DNA from: Torpedo marmorata
Taxonomy: Eukaryota
Length of the DNA stretch: 64,000 nucleotides
Assembly (NCBI GenBank): GCA_977017645.1
Contig: OZ360245.1
Coordinates: 26,226,001 to 26,290,000 of the forward strand
Reading direction: 5' to 3'
Positions 12,701 to 24,352 of the stretch are shown one piece after another. A program made the position numbers and the translations under genes. How positions within the stretch are numbered: the first letter of the stretch is position 1; every line of letters starts with the position of its first letter. The notes beneath the pieces were generated by a model. That model was not told the DNA's origin and made no database searches. It saw nothing but the letters and a program-made list of their open reading frames with translations.

Positions 12701-12778
12701 ATGTTGACTTCCTCCAGTCACTTCCATTGTCCAGTTATAAGGGTCTTCAATCATAATGTTCCATATCTTTCCTTTCAA
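12619..12778. repeat. Perfect 160-bp palindrome, no spacer
   Basis: 80-bp arms are exact reverse complements centred on GA|TC at 12698/12699. Confidence 0.97.
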
Positions 12779-13212
12779 CCTACTTGAAGGAGGAAGTCAT
12801 GAAATGTGATTTTGTTTTCACCAACAGGTGATAGTGTTCCATAATATCACACAATGTACCTCAGAACAGATTGCAGCTCAGTACAAGGTACAACTGCAGA
12901 AAAATGCAGTGGTAAGGCAAACTTGTGGATTCAGATCAACTAGTTAGCTTTCATTAAATTGTGCTAAGGACATATCAAAAATTCTGAATGTTTTCCTTTC
13001 TACATCGATTGAAATTAATTTCCAGAGGAGTTATGCACTTTGTAAATCGCAGTTGCAGTGTGATCTTGGGAAGAGTGGTGGGGAAGGTTGCCAGGAGCTT
13101 GCTTATAGGGATTGTGCCAGGACAGAGCTACAGAAGAGTAACTGAGCAACAAAAAAGGGAGAAAACAAAAAATAAATTAAAAATTGAAAAATAATGACTG
13201 GCTCATATGTTT

Positions 13213-13468
13213 TAATTTAATGTAGACATACAGCATGGTGACAGGCCATTTTGGCCCACGAGTCCGTGCCGCCCAATTTACACCCAATTAACCTACAAAC
13301 CCGGTACGTTTTTTGAACGGTGGGAGGAAACCGGAGCCCCCGGGGAAAACCCAAGCAGACACGGGGAGAATTTACAAACTCCTTACAGACAGAGCGGGAT
13401 TCGAACCCCGGTCCCGATAGCTGGTGCTGTAAAGGCGTTGCGCTAACCGCTACGCCAACCGTGCTGCC
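13213..13468 (-). mobile_element. V-SINE copy
   Basis: Subfamily with extra GGTCCCGAT segment, as at 24594 and 43986. Confidence 0.9.
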
Positions 13469-14599
13469 CAAATCGTTTCTTCGATTTGTTTCTATTGCAG
13501 CAACAAGAGTCACTTCAACACTTCAAGTGGTTAATTTTTTGCAAGCTGTGTGGGACATTCAATTTTTGTATGACTAACCAGACTGTGTAATTTCTCCACA
13601 AACATGTCAAATTGTGGGAAGAATTCAAAGCTTCAAGCATTCTGGAAGCAGAGAATAATCCTTTTAGTTTAACATTCAGGAGATAGGGCTGGTGCTTTGA
13701 GGTTGTTGAACGGTTGTAGTAGGAGGGATGGGAAGTAAGTGAGGTGAAGTGAATACTTCCTGGCCCACTGGATGAAAATTAGGCCGAGCACAAAATGGTC
13801 TGGCAGTGCATGATCAGCTGCTTTGCATGCCCATCCAGAAATGAATTTCAAACCTGTTTGCTTACAGAGTTTCAGACCTGGACCACATTAAACAAAATGA
13901 AGTCATCTCAATGCGAGATCAGATCATTTGCTGACTGCCAACTTAATTCAGTGCTCAGTTCAAGACAAGGCTCGGCATGAGATCAAAGTTGTGAGCTAAA
14001 TAAGTAGTGACATATATATCATTTGCCTGCTCACTTACACCACATGTACACTGATTGCCTCTATGTACTTACACATAAGTGTTTTCAGATTAAAACCTAA
14101 GCCAATCAGTGCAATCTGCAGAGATGCACATGGTCACAGTGGCGGCCAAGTGCTTCTGTTGCATTGCTGTTAGCAATATTATACCCTGGTTCTTTGGGTC
14201 CTATACAGTGTTATTATGTAAGTGAGGTCACATCAGGTCAAACTCATAGGTCCGGGTACAATACAGCAATAAGTTGCAAGCTCACAATGGATATTAATCC
14301 CATTCACAGCTGAAGGCCTGAGCTTTGTATAACATATTCACAGATCCATCTAAATTTGCCTGTAGGGACGTTCGTAAGAAACAGGACAATTTGAACTTTA
14401 CATTATATTGTCTCATTTGTTGCTATAAGTGAAAGTAAGGTGAACGAAGTGATGGAATTATATTCTCAATTTACTGTAACCCATTACATTAACTTTCGCT
14501 GTAAACCTCACAAAGCATACCCAATGGCATAATCTGACAATTATTCAGAAAATGGCTTGTTATGGGCAAGGTTAAATTGCTTTTCATAAATTTTATGCT

Positions 14600-15922
14600 A
14601 CTCGGGTTCTGGCAAAGAGAGAGGGGGCTGAGTGTGCTTTTTCGTTAATACTGGGTGGTGCACGGACATTGGAGTTATGTCGACCTCCTGCTCTACTGCC
14701 TTAGAGCAAATCTCGATTAAATGCAGACCCTTCTTTCTACCCTGAGAGTTCTCTTCAGTGATTCTCACTGGAGTTTATATCCCTCCCCATGCCAATTATA
14801 AGTAGGCACTTGCGGAGTTGCATGACGTGGTCAGTAAACAAGAGACGACCCAGTCCGATGCATTACAAATCTTAGTCGGCTACTTTAATCAGGCCTGTGT
14901 CAAGAAAACCCTACCCAACTACCATCAGCATGTAACCTGCTGTACCAGAGATCCCAGCACACTCAATCACTGCTACACCAAGATAAGGAATACCCACCGT
15001 TCTTTCCCGAGACTGCATCTTGGCAAGTTGGATCACCTGGCTGTGCTCCTTCTGCCTTCATACAGACAGAGCCTAAAAAGAGAGGATTCAGAGGACAGCT
15101 TACAGGAGGCTGAAGAACGGTAACAGGACTTGCTCGAATCAGAGGATTGGGCAATGTTCAATACTCAGCTGAGAATCTGAACAATTACTCCAGGGCTGTC
15201 ATAGACTTTATCAAAACAGCTGTGGATGAGTGTGTCCCCATCAAATCATTCAGGGTTTTCTCCAACCAGAAGCCCTGGATGAACAATGAAACTAAGAACC
15301 TGCTGAGGGCCAGATCACAGGCATTTGAGTCCGGAGATCCAGATCAATACAGAAGGAGCAGGTATGACCTGCGAAAGGCTATCTCCTGGGCGAAGTGGAG
15401 ATTCCGGATGAAAATGGAAACAAGAAAGGACACCCAACAGCTGTGGCAGGGCCTAAATGCCATAACCTGCTACAAAACCAAATCCAGTGCAGGAGCAGAC
15501 GGCAAAGCTTCACTCCCAGAGGAACTCAATGCCTTCTACACCCAATTTGACCACAGTAACAGCGAAGAACAACCCCTCTGCACCCCCACGTCCCCTGATG
15601 ATCCCATCCTGTCCATATCTGAGGATGACGTGCATGCTGCCTTCAGGAGAGTGAATCCGAGGAAAGCATCCGGCCCGGACGGAGTCCCTGGCCGAGTATT
15701 AAAAATCTGTGCTGACCAACTTACTCCGCAGGGCGGGGCACCCACCTGTTTTAAACAGGCGTCAATTCATACTGGTGCCCAAGAAGAGCATAGTAATCTG
15801 CCTTAATGTCTATCAACCAGTAGCACTTATATCAACAGTGATGAAGTGTTTCGAAAGGCTGGTGTTGAAGCATATCAGCTCCTGTCTGAGCAGCGATATG
15901 GATACATTCCAGTTCGCCTATG
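14600..15922 (+). mobile_element. Rex1/Babar LINE fragment (APE endonuclease end to RT start)
   Basis: ORFs 14818..15123 (YHQHVTCCTRDPSTLNHCYT, LGKLDHLAVLL), 15147..15806 (NQKPWMN, RKASGPDGVPG) and 15709..15939 (YQPVALISTVMKCFERLV). Confidence 0.9.
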
Positions 15923-15929
15923 GTATTTT

Positions 15930-16140
15930 CAGTGTTTAAATATTTTATTTAAAATTTTTAAATCACACAATACACAGTTTAAAATGCAAATTCCTCAAAT
16001 TACATGTGATACATTTTCACCCCCCCCCTCCCTAACCCTCCCGAAAAGAAAGAAAGAAGAAAAGGATAGAGTAAGGAGAATGTCAATCTAAAAAGAACAA
16101 CTATAAACTGATCTTATTGTGGAGGATAGGCTCACCAGCC
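15930..16140 (-). mobile_element. L1 3' UTR remnant
   Basis: TATTTTATTTAAAATTTTT..C-tract..purine tract architecture shared with the L1 3' ends at 35217 and 52068. Confidence 0.6.
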
Positions 16141-16328
16141 AGACCCGATGACCAGAGATCTTCAAATCCTTAAACCCACAACTGTTCTGTCTGCTGTACC
16201 ACTGTGCTGCCTTAGGAGGATATGTAACGTGGTATAAACCATGAGAAGATATTCATCTTCACAGGGACAAGAAATTATTGTGATCACCAGAATTGTGTGC
16301 TACATAGCTAGGATTCTATACAATAATG

Positions 16329-16401
16329 GGCTCCATAGCTCAGTGGTTAGATCACTGGTCTTGTAAACCACGGATCGCAAGTTCAAATCTCGCTGGGGTC
16401 T
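16329..16401 (+). pseudogene. tRNA-Thr(UGU) degenerate copy
   Basis: GGCTCCATAGCTCAGTGGTTAGA..CTGGTCTTGTAAACCA..GTTCAAATCTCGCTGGGGTCT, 73 nt, anticodon TGT; one mismatch each in D, anticodon and T stems. Confidence 0.85.
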
Positions 16402-16417
16402 TTAACATTTCTATTTG

Positions 16418-16655
16418 GGGTGGCACGGTTAGCATGGCGGTTACAGTGCCAGCGATCGGGACTGGGGTTTGAATCCCGTACTGTCTGTAAGGAGCTTCTA
16501 CGTTCTCCCCGTGTCTGTGTGGGTTTTCCCCGGGGGCTCCGGTTTCCTCCCACTGTTTAAATATGTACCGAGGGTTGTAGGTCAATTGGGTGTGATTGGG
16601 CGGCATGGGATCGTGGGCCGAAAGGGCCTGTTACCGAGCTGTATGTCTAAATTTA
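16418..16655 (+). mobile_element. V-SINE copy
   Basis: Same family, plus strand. Confidence 0.9.
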
Positions 16656-17154
16656 TAAAATTTTTAAAAATTAATTAAAATTTATATTTAAAATAATGTT
16701 AGGCATGGTTATAAAGGTGATATGCCCAGATTATGAACAAAATCTCAAGGTTTTAAATGTTGAGTACAGTAAAACTACAAAAATACACATGCTCAGGACG
16801 TTGGTATGGTAGGACCAGCAGGTTTTATGGTCTCCTGGATGTTATTTATATTAATACACAAACACATTTTTATTTCACTGCTTTTACAGTGGCATAATAA
16901 ATTTTCAACCGAACCCAGTGAATTTGAAGGGAACTGGAAATTTACAAGCATTCCGAACCACTGACCCACACTCCTGAAGCCATCTGATGCGGTCCCACAT
17001 CTGGCCCAGTGTCTGGATCCTGTACATTACCACACTCAGGACTCTGCCTCTGGTCATACATGCCACTTACACTCCAGGTCCCTGGCTCACATTCTGGACC
17101 GATGAGAGAGCGAGATTGCTTACCAACAAAAGCATACTTGCTGGTTACCTCACA

Positions 17155-17605
17155 ACCTGGCTGCTCTGCTCAAGATCGAAAGAAGCTGCAGAAGGTGGTG
17201 AATGTAGCACAAACGGCCCTCTCCTCCATCTACATTTCCAACTGCCTAGGAAAGGCAGCCAATATACTGAAGGACCCCATCACATTCTGGATACACTCAC
17301 TTCTCTTTCCTCTCATTGGAATGAAGGCTCACAGGTGTAAAAGCACTCACCATTTGGCTTAAAGGCAATGTTTTCCCTGCAGCCATCAGGCTCCTGAATG
17401 AACCCCACAACAGTGCTACCATGTTACCCATGCTCCGTGCTAATTGATTAATTGATCCTATTTTTTCATTGTGCACTATAAAATGTGCTCTTCTACTTTA
17501 TACATCTGCATGAATGTGAGAGCTAACCTGTTAGACTGCTCACAGAAAAATGCTTCTCACTGAACCTGGTATAATGCAGCAAATAAACTAAAACTTAAAC
17601 TTAGA
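17155..17605 (+). mobile_element. Rex1-type LINE 3' fragment
   Basis: ORF 17009..17362 has CSAQDRKKLQKVVNVAQ and KAANILKDP; tail AATAAACTAAAACTTAAACTT. Confidence 0.75.
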
Positions 17606-17776
17606 ATGTCGGAGCATAAGGATTTCCAGACATTTGGATGCCGGATTATTAGTATGAAAACCCAGGTTAAATGAAAAGACAATGGGTATTTGAAATGGGT
17701 TTTGTTGGAAAAGGAAACTGCATAACTTTTAATGTTTGTTATTGAAATACTACTTCATCCAAAATGGTTTCAGAGT

Positions 17777-17938
17777 NNNNNNNNNNNNNNNNNNNNNNNN
17801 NNNNNNNNNNNNNNNNNNNNNNNNNNNNNNNNNNNNNNNNNNNNNNNNNNNNNNNNNNNNNNNNNNNNNNNNNNNNNNNNNNNNNNNNNNNNNNNNNNNN
17901 NNNNNNNNNNNNNNNNNNNNNNNNNNNNNNNNNNNNNN
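17777..17938. other. Assembly gap (162 N)
   Basis: Run of N. Confidence 1.
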
Positions 17939-19469
17939 TGTCCTGGCTCAGCATCACCACAGCACTAGAGCAGAAACCCACTTGCTATCCTCAAGGGGTT
18001 AATTTACAAACCATCTTTTAGTGTTTATATTTTGTTGTAACCAGACTAACAATACAAGTTCCACTTCTACTGTCTACTTGCACCCGTGTCAGTTTCAATA
18101 GGCTGGTTTGATCAGAATTGGGAATGATTTTTTTTATTTTTATGGTTGGCCTAACAGATTGGTTCACTGCATCGGACGACTGCATGAGTGATCCATTAAC
18201 AGAGGCAGTAATAAGCCCTCAGGTGCCTATAATTGAGTCGGGTTGTGGGCAGATCATTTGTTTTGGTGAGAGCAATCTTCACTAACTTGTTTCAGAAGAA
18301 CAGTTAACTTGTTTTTGAGTGATGAGGAGAGAGAAATTCTCCATTAGAACTAAGAAAAATACACAGGATTCTCCCTATTACTTTTTTAAACAAGGGGACT
18401 ACATTTGCCATTCTTCAATTCTCTGGCACCTCCCCTGTGGCCAAGGAGGACACAAAGATCATTGCCATGCGCCTGTAATCTCTTCCCTCCCTTTCCATAG
18501 CAACCTGGGGTATATCTCGTCCGGTCCTAGGGACTTATCAATTCTAATGTTTTTAATGTAATGGGTTTGCATAGGGCGTAGAAAAAGAAACGACTCACGG
18601 AATTGTTTTCCAGCATTTATTCGCTCCCTTTAGAAGACAAAATAATACAACCATTGTCTTCTGGGTTTTCTTCCTTTTCTGCCCCTTTGCTCCCTAAGCA
18701 AGGTAACAAGCAGTATCTCTCATTCATTCTTTTCCTCAACTACACACAGATACTGTATTTTAACATTTCAATATATACCCAACTCACTGTACACGGTATT
18801 AGCCAAGAGCTTTTAAGATTTGCCCAGGAAAACATTTTGCATTTTAAAATCTTTTCAACTATATAAAAAAAACTATATATACAAAGTGAAAACAGTGGCA
18901 CCCGGTGGGCGAGTTAAAAACTGCATAGAAAAACTAACTAGCCAAAATCATACAATTAACAAGGAAATTCTGTACCTTTAGAAGACAAAATAATACAACC
19001 ATTGTCTTCTGGATTTTCTTCCTTTTCTGCCCCTTTTCTCCTAAGCATACAAAATAACAGAACATACACTATGAAATCTCAGGTCACATGATCAACACAT
19101 GGTAGTGGCGCCTCAACACAAGTTAGGTAAAACGTTCATGAAGCTTACATTAATGATTAAAACAATACAAAACCAACTGCAAAACATAATAATATTAGCA
19201 ATGAACAACATACATTGAGATTGATAAAATAACCAATTCATTTTCCAAAGAAAATATTAAAGTAACCCAGCAGCAAGGTTCCCCCACACTTACCCTAAGC
19301 AAGGTAACAAGCAGTATGGAGAACAGGAAGGGAAGGGCTTAGGAGGTGCACAAGGTGTGCACCGCCAAACTCATTCCCACCGGAAACATTATTAAAATGG
19401 CAATAATTACAAGTGACTCATTGAGATAAAATTCACAATTACAGAATTGAGAATAAAAATTATTAAAAC

Positions 19470-19900
19470 ACATTTTTAACTCTATTACATTAAGAAGATC
19501 CAGAACTTCCTCTTTCTTAATCGCAACATGCTCCAGCACATAAGCTTGTTCCATTCTGACCTCACCTTGACCAAGTTCCTTTTTTCTGGTGAACACTGAA
19601 GCAAAGCATTCATTTAGATCCTCCCCAATCACCTCTGCCTCCAGGCACATGTTGCCTCCTTTATTTTCAAGTGGCCCAATCTTCACTCTCGTCATCCTTC
19701 ACGTATGCATAGAATGCCTTAGAGCTTTCCTTAATCCAACTTGCCAAGGCCTTCTCATGCCACCTTCTAGCTCTCCTAAGTCCTTTCTTAAGTTCCTTCC
19801 TGGAGTCTTGAGTCCTTCCTGTTTTTTGCTTCCTAAATCTAATGTATGCTTCCTTCTTCCTCTTAACTAGCTGCATCACCTGTTTTGTCAACTGACAAGC
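19470..19900 (-). mobile_element. CR1 LINE ORF2 fragment
   Basis: ORFs with KELKKGLRRARRWHEKALASWIKESSKAFYAYVK and IGPLENKGG..LNECFASVFT. Confidence 0.85.
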
Positions 19901-19919
19901 AACATTCTATGTGACATGT

Positions 19920-20660
19920 TACTGCTTCAGAGTTGGAGTCAGAAGAAATCTAATCGGGGGGCATTAGGGTAACCGCGGGGGGGGGGGGCACAAATTGCCG
20001 TTCGAGAACTCACTCAGTGGGGGGGGGGGTGCCGTCTGCAATTGTAAATTAAAACTGCGGTCTTCCAATCAACGAGGTTTTCCACCACTGACAAGTGTCC
20101 ATCAGGGTATTGCGGAACGTGGCTTTCGATTTAATCCGTGTTCGTTTGTTAATTCTTTTAACATTGTCTCTGGTGACTGTCAGCGCCTGAAATTCACAAG
20201 AGAATGATCTCCCATGGGATCTGTATGGTTCGAGTAGATCCCAGTAAAGATTGCTGGATCTGTTCCCATACGTACAAACACATCCCCCAGACTTTCTCAA
20301 TCCACCCTTGCCCAAACATACAGGCTGCTGCTGAGATAAGTTTTCATTTGTCTTTTTTTTGGCCCCATTGACAGCCTTCGTGAATACGTTTGGGTAAGGA
20401 GTGTCAGTCACTCAGGCATCTAGGGGCTCACAGGCAAGCCTATTCCTGACCCACTCGGGACGATAGATGCTCTCACAGCTGGAGCCACGTACTGTGGAGC
20501 CTCCGAGCTGACTTTTCCCACGGCCTGCATCCCCCTAGTGACGCTAGTGTTGCGGGTGGGTGGGGGGGCACAATAACTCATTTGGGGGGGTGGGGCATGG
20601 GCCGCGAATGACCTTCCATGACACTGAGCCTGGACTGCTTTCAATTTGGCGCTATCTTTA
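19920..20660 (-). mobile_element. Possible endogenous retrovirus leader and decayed gag matrix start
   Basis: Minus strand from ATG 20215 reads MGDHSLVNFRR*QSPETMLKELTNEHGLNRKPRSAIP*WTLVSGGKPR*LEDRSFNLQL then Pro-rich; resembles the class I ERV matrix motif WPxxGS/TFN. Confidence 0.35.
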
Positions 20661-20716
20661 GGGGGAGTACAAATTAAGAGCAGGAATAGGCCAATTGGTT
20701 CCTCAAGCTTGCTTTG

Positions 20717-20945
20717 AACAGCACCAATAGCCTGAATACGACTGGGATTGTCTGATCTCAGAAGCTAAGCAGGCACAGGACTGGGAACACCAGGTGCTGT
20801 AGGTTTCTGTGAGGGGCGCTAGACAAAGAAGCGACCCTCTGTCTGCCTTACGGTAGACAAAAATTAAAGAATTTCATGTATGTTACATTTTAAATGTAGT
20901 ATTACGTGACAATAATGGAACCTTTACCTTTACCTTTTTACCATT
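20717..20945 (+). mobile_element. 5S rRNA-derived SINE (SINE3-type) with deletion in the 5S head
   Basis: TAGCCTGAATACG..GTCTGATCTCAGAAGCTAAGCAGG..CTGGGAACACCAGGTGCTGTAGG matches 5S rRNA; followed by a LINE-like tail ending (ACCTTT)n. Confidence 0.85.
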
Positions 20946-21119
20946 TACTAAGATTATGGCTGATCTCAACATTCCCATCTACCCTGTATAAGATATCTAT
21001 CACTGGTTTAAAAATATTCAAAGGGTCTTCTTCCAACACCCTTGAGAGCTTCAAAGACTCATGACACACCCAGAGTAAACATTTCATGTTCTCACTACTT
21101 TGGTTTTGAGTGATCTGCC

Positions 21120-21760
21120 CATCACTCATACACTCCTACCACTTAATCCCCTGTCCCCTTACCCCCTGTTCCACTCTGCCCACTATCCCTCCCTTTTTTG
21201 GCTCCGCTCTTCACCTTCCTTTCTAATCAGATTCCATCACCTGCAGCACTTTATTACCTCCACATCTCCTCCCAGCTCCTGTCGTTGTCTCAAACACCCC
21301 CCTCCAACCCCCTCATCTGATTTCATCTGCCACTCACCTCTCGTCGCCTATGGCTTGCCAACTCTTGCTTCTTCCACCCATCCCCCTCCCCTATTTAAAC
21401 TGGCTCTCTACCCCTCTACCCCAGCCATTCTCAAACTTTTTTTGGCTATGGCCCCCCTTAGGACTCTGCTCAAAGTTTATGGGCCCTCTTCCCTGTGAAG
21501 CAGTCTGGTTTTCGTTTCTTCCGTACTTCTCTCGTACCGACTACCATAAAAAAGCATAAAAAAGCATGAAAGGAAAACAAGGCTTTTACTAAAATGTGCT
21601 ATGGCCCCCAGGGGAGCCGTTTGGCCCCTGTTGAGAATGGCTGCTTTACCCTTTCAGTGCACATTAAGAGTCTTGACCCAAAAGGTTGATTGTCCATTTC
21701 CCTGCACAGATGCTGCATGACCTGCTGAGTTTCTCCTGCAGCTCGTTTTTTTTTTTTTTT
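21120..21760 (+). mobile_element. Penelope-like 3' remnant split by a hAT MITE
   Basis: Pyrimidine tract and terminus GATGCTGCATGACCTGCTGAGTTTCTCC shared with other pLTRs. Confidence 0.65.
21422..21643. mobile_element. hAT MITE, 222 bp
   Basis: Perfect 13-bp TIR CAGCCATTCTCAA/TTGAGAATGGCTG; 8-bp TSD CTCTACCC/CTTTACCC. Confidence 0.9.
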
Positions 21761-22996
21761 GCAAGACTATTGGGAGAGGTTGAGGGAGTGGGACTAGCTG
21801 GATTGCTATTGCATGAAGCTGGTACAGACTCAGTAAACTGAATGACCTCTGAGCAATCTGATACATTTGTGTGATGAAGCATTTACTGACACAAATCTGG
21901 AACAGCCTCCCTTTATTTTTCAGATTCTGTCCACTTGCCATGCCACCACCTCTGGACAAAATGGCTTTGCTCTTATCCATCCTCAACCTGTGTAACCTCA
22001 GGTCAACAATGGGATTGTCTCAGCTCAGTTCCTGTCATGATTGAACAGCCCCTTGGAGCTGACATGTAAAAGATAATCTGCTTGATGAGGCTTTGGTGGG
22101 AGAAAGGCACTCTGGCACACGTTCACCAATAAAATCACTGCCATTGAAGGTGAGGTTCAGTCGTCAATATTTAATAGAGAAAACTGAACTGATATAATTC
22201 ATAAAGGGAAGCATGTCAGCTGCCTGCTTTCTTTTGCAATAAACCAATGTCATGCCTAATCAGCAGTCAGACAAGAGATGCTTGTTTGAATATATACATT
22301 GCCCCTACAGGCCCTTTGCAGATTATTGCATCCCTTTCCGGGAGTTGGGAGTTTGTTACAGATGGCACAGAATGAATCTAGTTTCAGAGTAAGTAATCCT
22401 GCTTAATAACTAGCAGATTACACCTGACTCTATGTGTACATGGCTCTCTATCACTGATTTACCAAGGTTACAGTTTATACATCAGGGTCAGATGTTGATT
22501 AATACAAATTTAAAGCAAATTAAGGACTGAAATCACTATCTGTCAGGAAAGTGATATTAGGCAAAATAAAAGTAGATTAGACCTGTGGCAAACTGTAAAC
22601 TAATGACCCGTACATATATTACAAAATGAAATATTCATTTAGCACGATAAGGACTGAGGATGCACAGCACACGTCAGCTCAAATTACCCATCACCATGTA
22701 CACATTCACATGCATATCAAACACGCTTAGTTATGTGTACAACTACCCATTTTGTTTTGCTTGACAATCAAATCCTCAAATCCAAAATCAATTTTGTTTT
22801 ATGTTTGTAACCAAATATGTGAGCTTTAGTATAAAAAAGATAAAAAATGTGTTCACTGCTCCTAATTTCATGGTCAGTTATCCTGAAGATTTGGCGACTG
22901 GTGTTCAATCTTCAGACCCTGGTATAAGTGGCACCAGATGGGACTTCCTACTGAACAATGTGGGCCACACGGATGCTGTCTTCTTCCACTAGCTTT

Positions 22997-23225
22997 AAAG
23001 TCAAGTCAAGTCAAGTTTATTGTCATCTAATTGCACAAGTACAACCCGACAAAACAGTGTTCTCCGGTCCTCGGTGCAAAACATGCAGACACACAACCAG
23101 ACATAACACACATACAGGCAAACAATACATATGCAGGACAAGTATTCATAGATACAAATAAATAAATAAATATTGTTTCATGAATATGAGAGTCTCGGCT
23201 GGTTAGTTTGAGCAGTTCCTTTAGA
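22997..23225 (-). mobile_element. Rex1-type LINE 3' UTR
   Basis: Minus strand ends GACAATAAA(CTTGA)n; similar to the 3' UTR at 37700-37920. Confidence 0.75.
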
Positions 23226-23389
23226 CATTCAGCATTGTCACAGAACAACTGTGATCTTCTTGTACACGGCTTGAGAAACATCGGGAAGTTGAACTTGAGG
23301 TTCTTAGGTGACTACCTGGCCTTATCAGAGAGGGAGTTGATCTCAAACATATCTTTCTCAAATTTGTATTGAGAATAAGACTGAACAGG

Positions 23390-24352
23390 TGTTGTGTTGA
23401 GAAAGTGTCAGGTTCGGTGGGTTCACAGAGAGACGAATCTGGACACAAGAGTTTGCAATCAAACGTAACTTTTATTAACACAACAATTAATAGAAGAGCG
23501 TGGGCAAATTGTAGCGGGAATGAAACACACACGCGCACAATTAATAAAAGAGCGTGGGAGAATACACGCACAATTTAATAAAACATACGCGCACAATTTA
23601 TAAAGGAGCTTGGGAAAATCATAGCGGGAATAAAACACACACGAATAAAAGAGCGTGGGAGAATACACGCACAATTTAATAAAACATATGTGCACAATTT
23701 ATAAAGGAGTGTGGGAACATCGTAATGGGAGATCGTTAAACAGTACACAATTACTAATTCACACAGGCGATGCAGACATTCGCACGGTATAAGCAGGGGT
23801 TCTACACACCCTTTCGGACCTATGATCGAAGGGAGGCAGTTCTAGTACCACTGTACGCAGGGGTATACACACCCTCCCGGACCCCTGATCGTTGGGAGTG
23901 GTGGCTCTACTGCAAGTATTGGTCTATAGCAATTTGATCTATGGCAATACTACGGCTCAGCTTCAGTGCAGTAGAGCACCTTACCAGCGACCCTTCCAAG
24001 CGATGTCTGCAGTAGCGACCTGGCATGGAGCAGTGTCCGGGGCTATCACCACGAGGCAGAGAGAGCGAATGTGCTCTGTGCTGGTGCTAAATACTGGGCT
24101 CTAGCCAATAAGGACGCTAGGTGATTTGAACTAGCCAATGGCAAGGTGTGCACTAACTGGTGGCCGGAGCCCAATCTTAACTGACACTCCACTAGCAAAC
24201 CGTAACTTTGAATCTACAACTTGTAACTTTGAATGAAACAAAAAGTACACAACGTACTGACAGGTGATGTGACTTCCGAATGAGTTTCAGATGGGGAGGC
24301 CACGTGACCACCAACAATAGGCAGGGAGGCCACGTCTCCTCCACACACAACA
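23390..24352 (-). mobile_element. Outer solo LTR with 5-bp TSD ACAGG, containing a nested LTR
   Basis: Ends TGTTGTGT.../...ACACAACA; ACAGG at 23385-23389 and 24353-24357. Confidence 0.75.
23406..24186 (-). mobile_element. Nested solo LTR (781 bp) with internal tandem repeats
   Basis: Ends TGTCAG.../...CTGACA; minus-strand AATAAA near 23471; three CCAAT boxes at 24105-24175; ~101-bp and ~64-bp period repeats; no TSD. Confidence 0.7.

Noticed and set aside
14089-14217. Plus-strand exon candidate (TTTTCAG ... GTAAGT)
   Set aside because: Stops in all frames from the acceptor; no recognisable product.
16329-16401. Functional tRNA-Thr gene
   Set aside because: Three stem mismatches and no T4 terminator; treated as a pseudogene.
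17732-18021. ORFs spanning the N run
   Set aside because: Artefacts of the assembly gap.
20728-20805. Functional 5S rRNA gene
   Set aside because: Diverged, internal control region partly deleted, fused to a retroelement tail.
23480-23720. CRISPR-like repeat array
   Set aside because: Irregular tandem duplications inside an LTR; no unique spacers, no cas genes, eukaryotic context.
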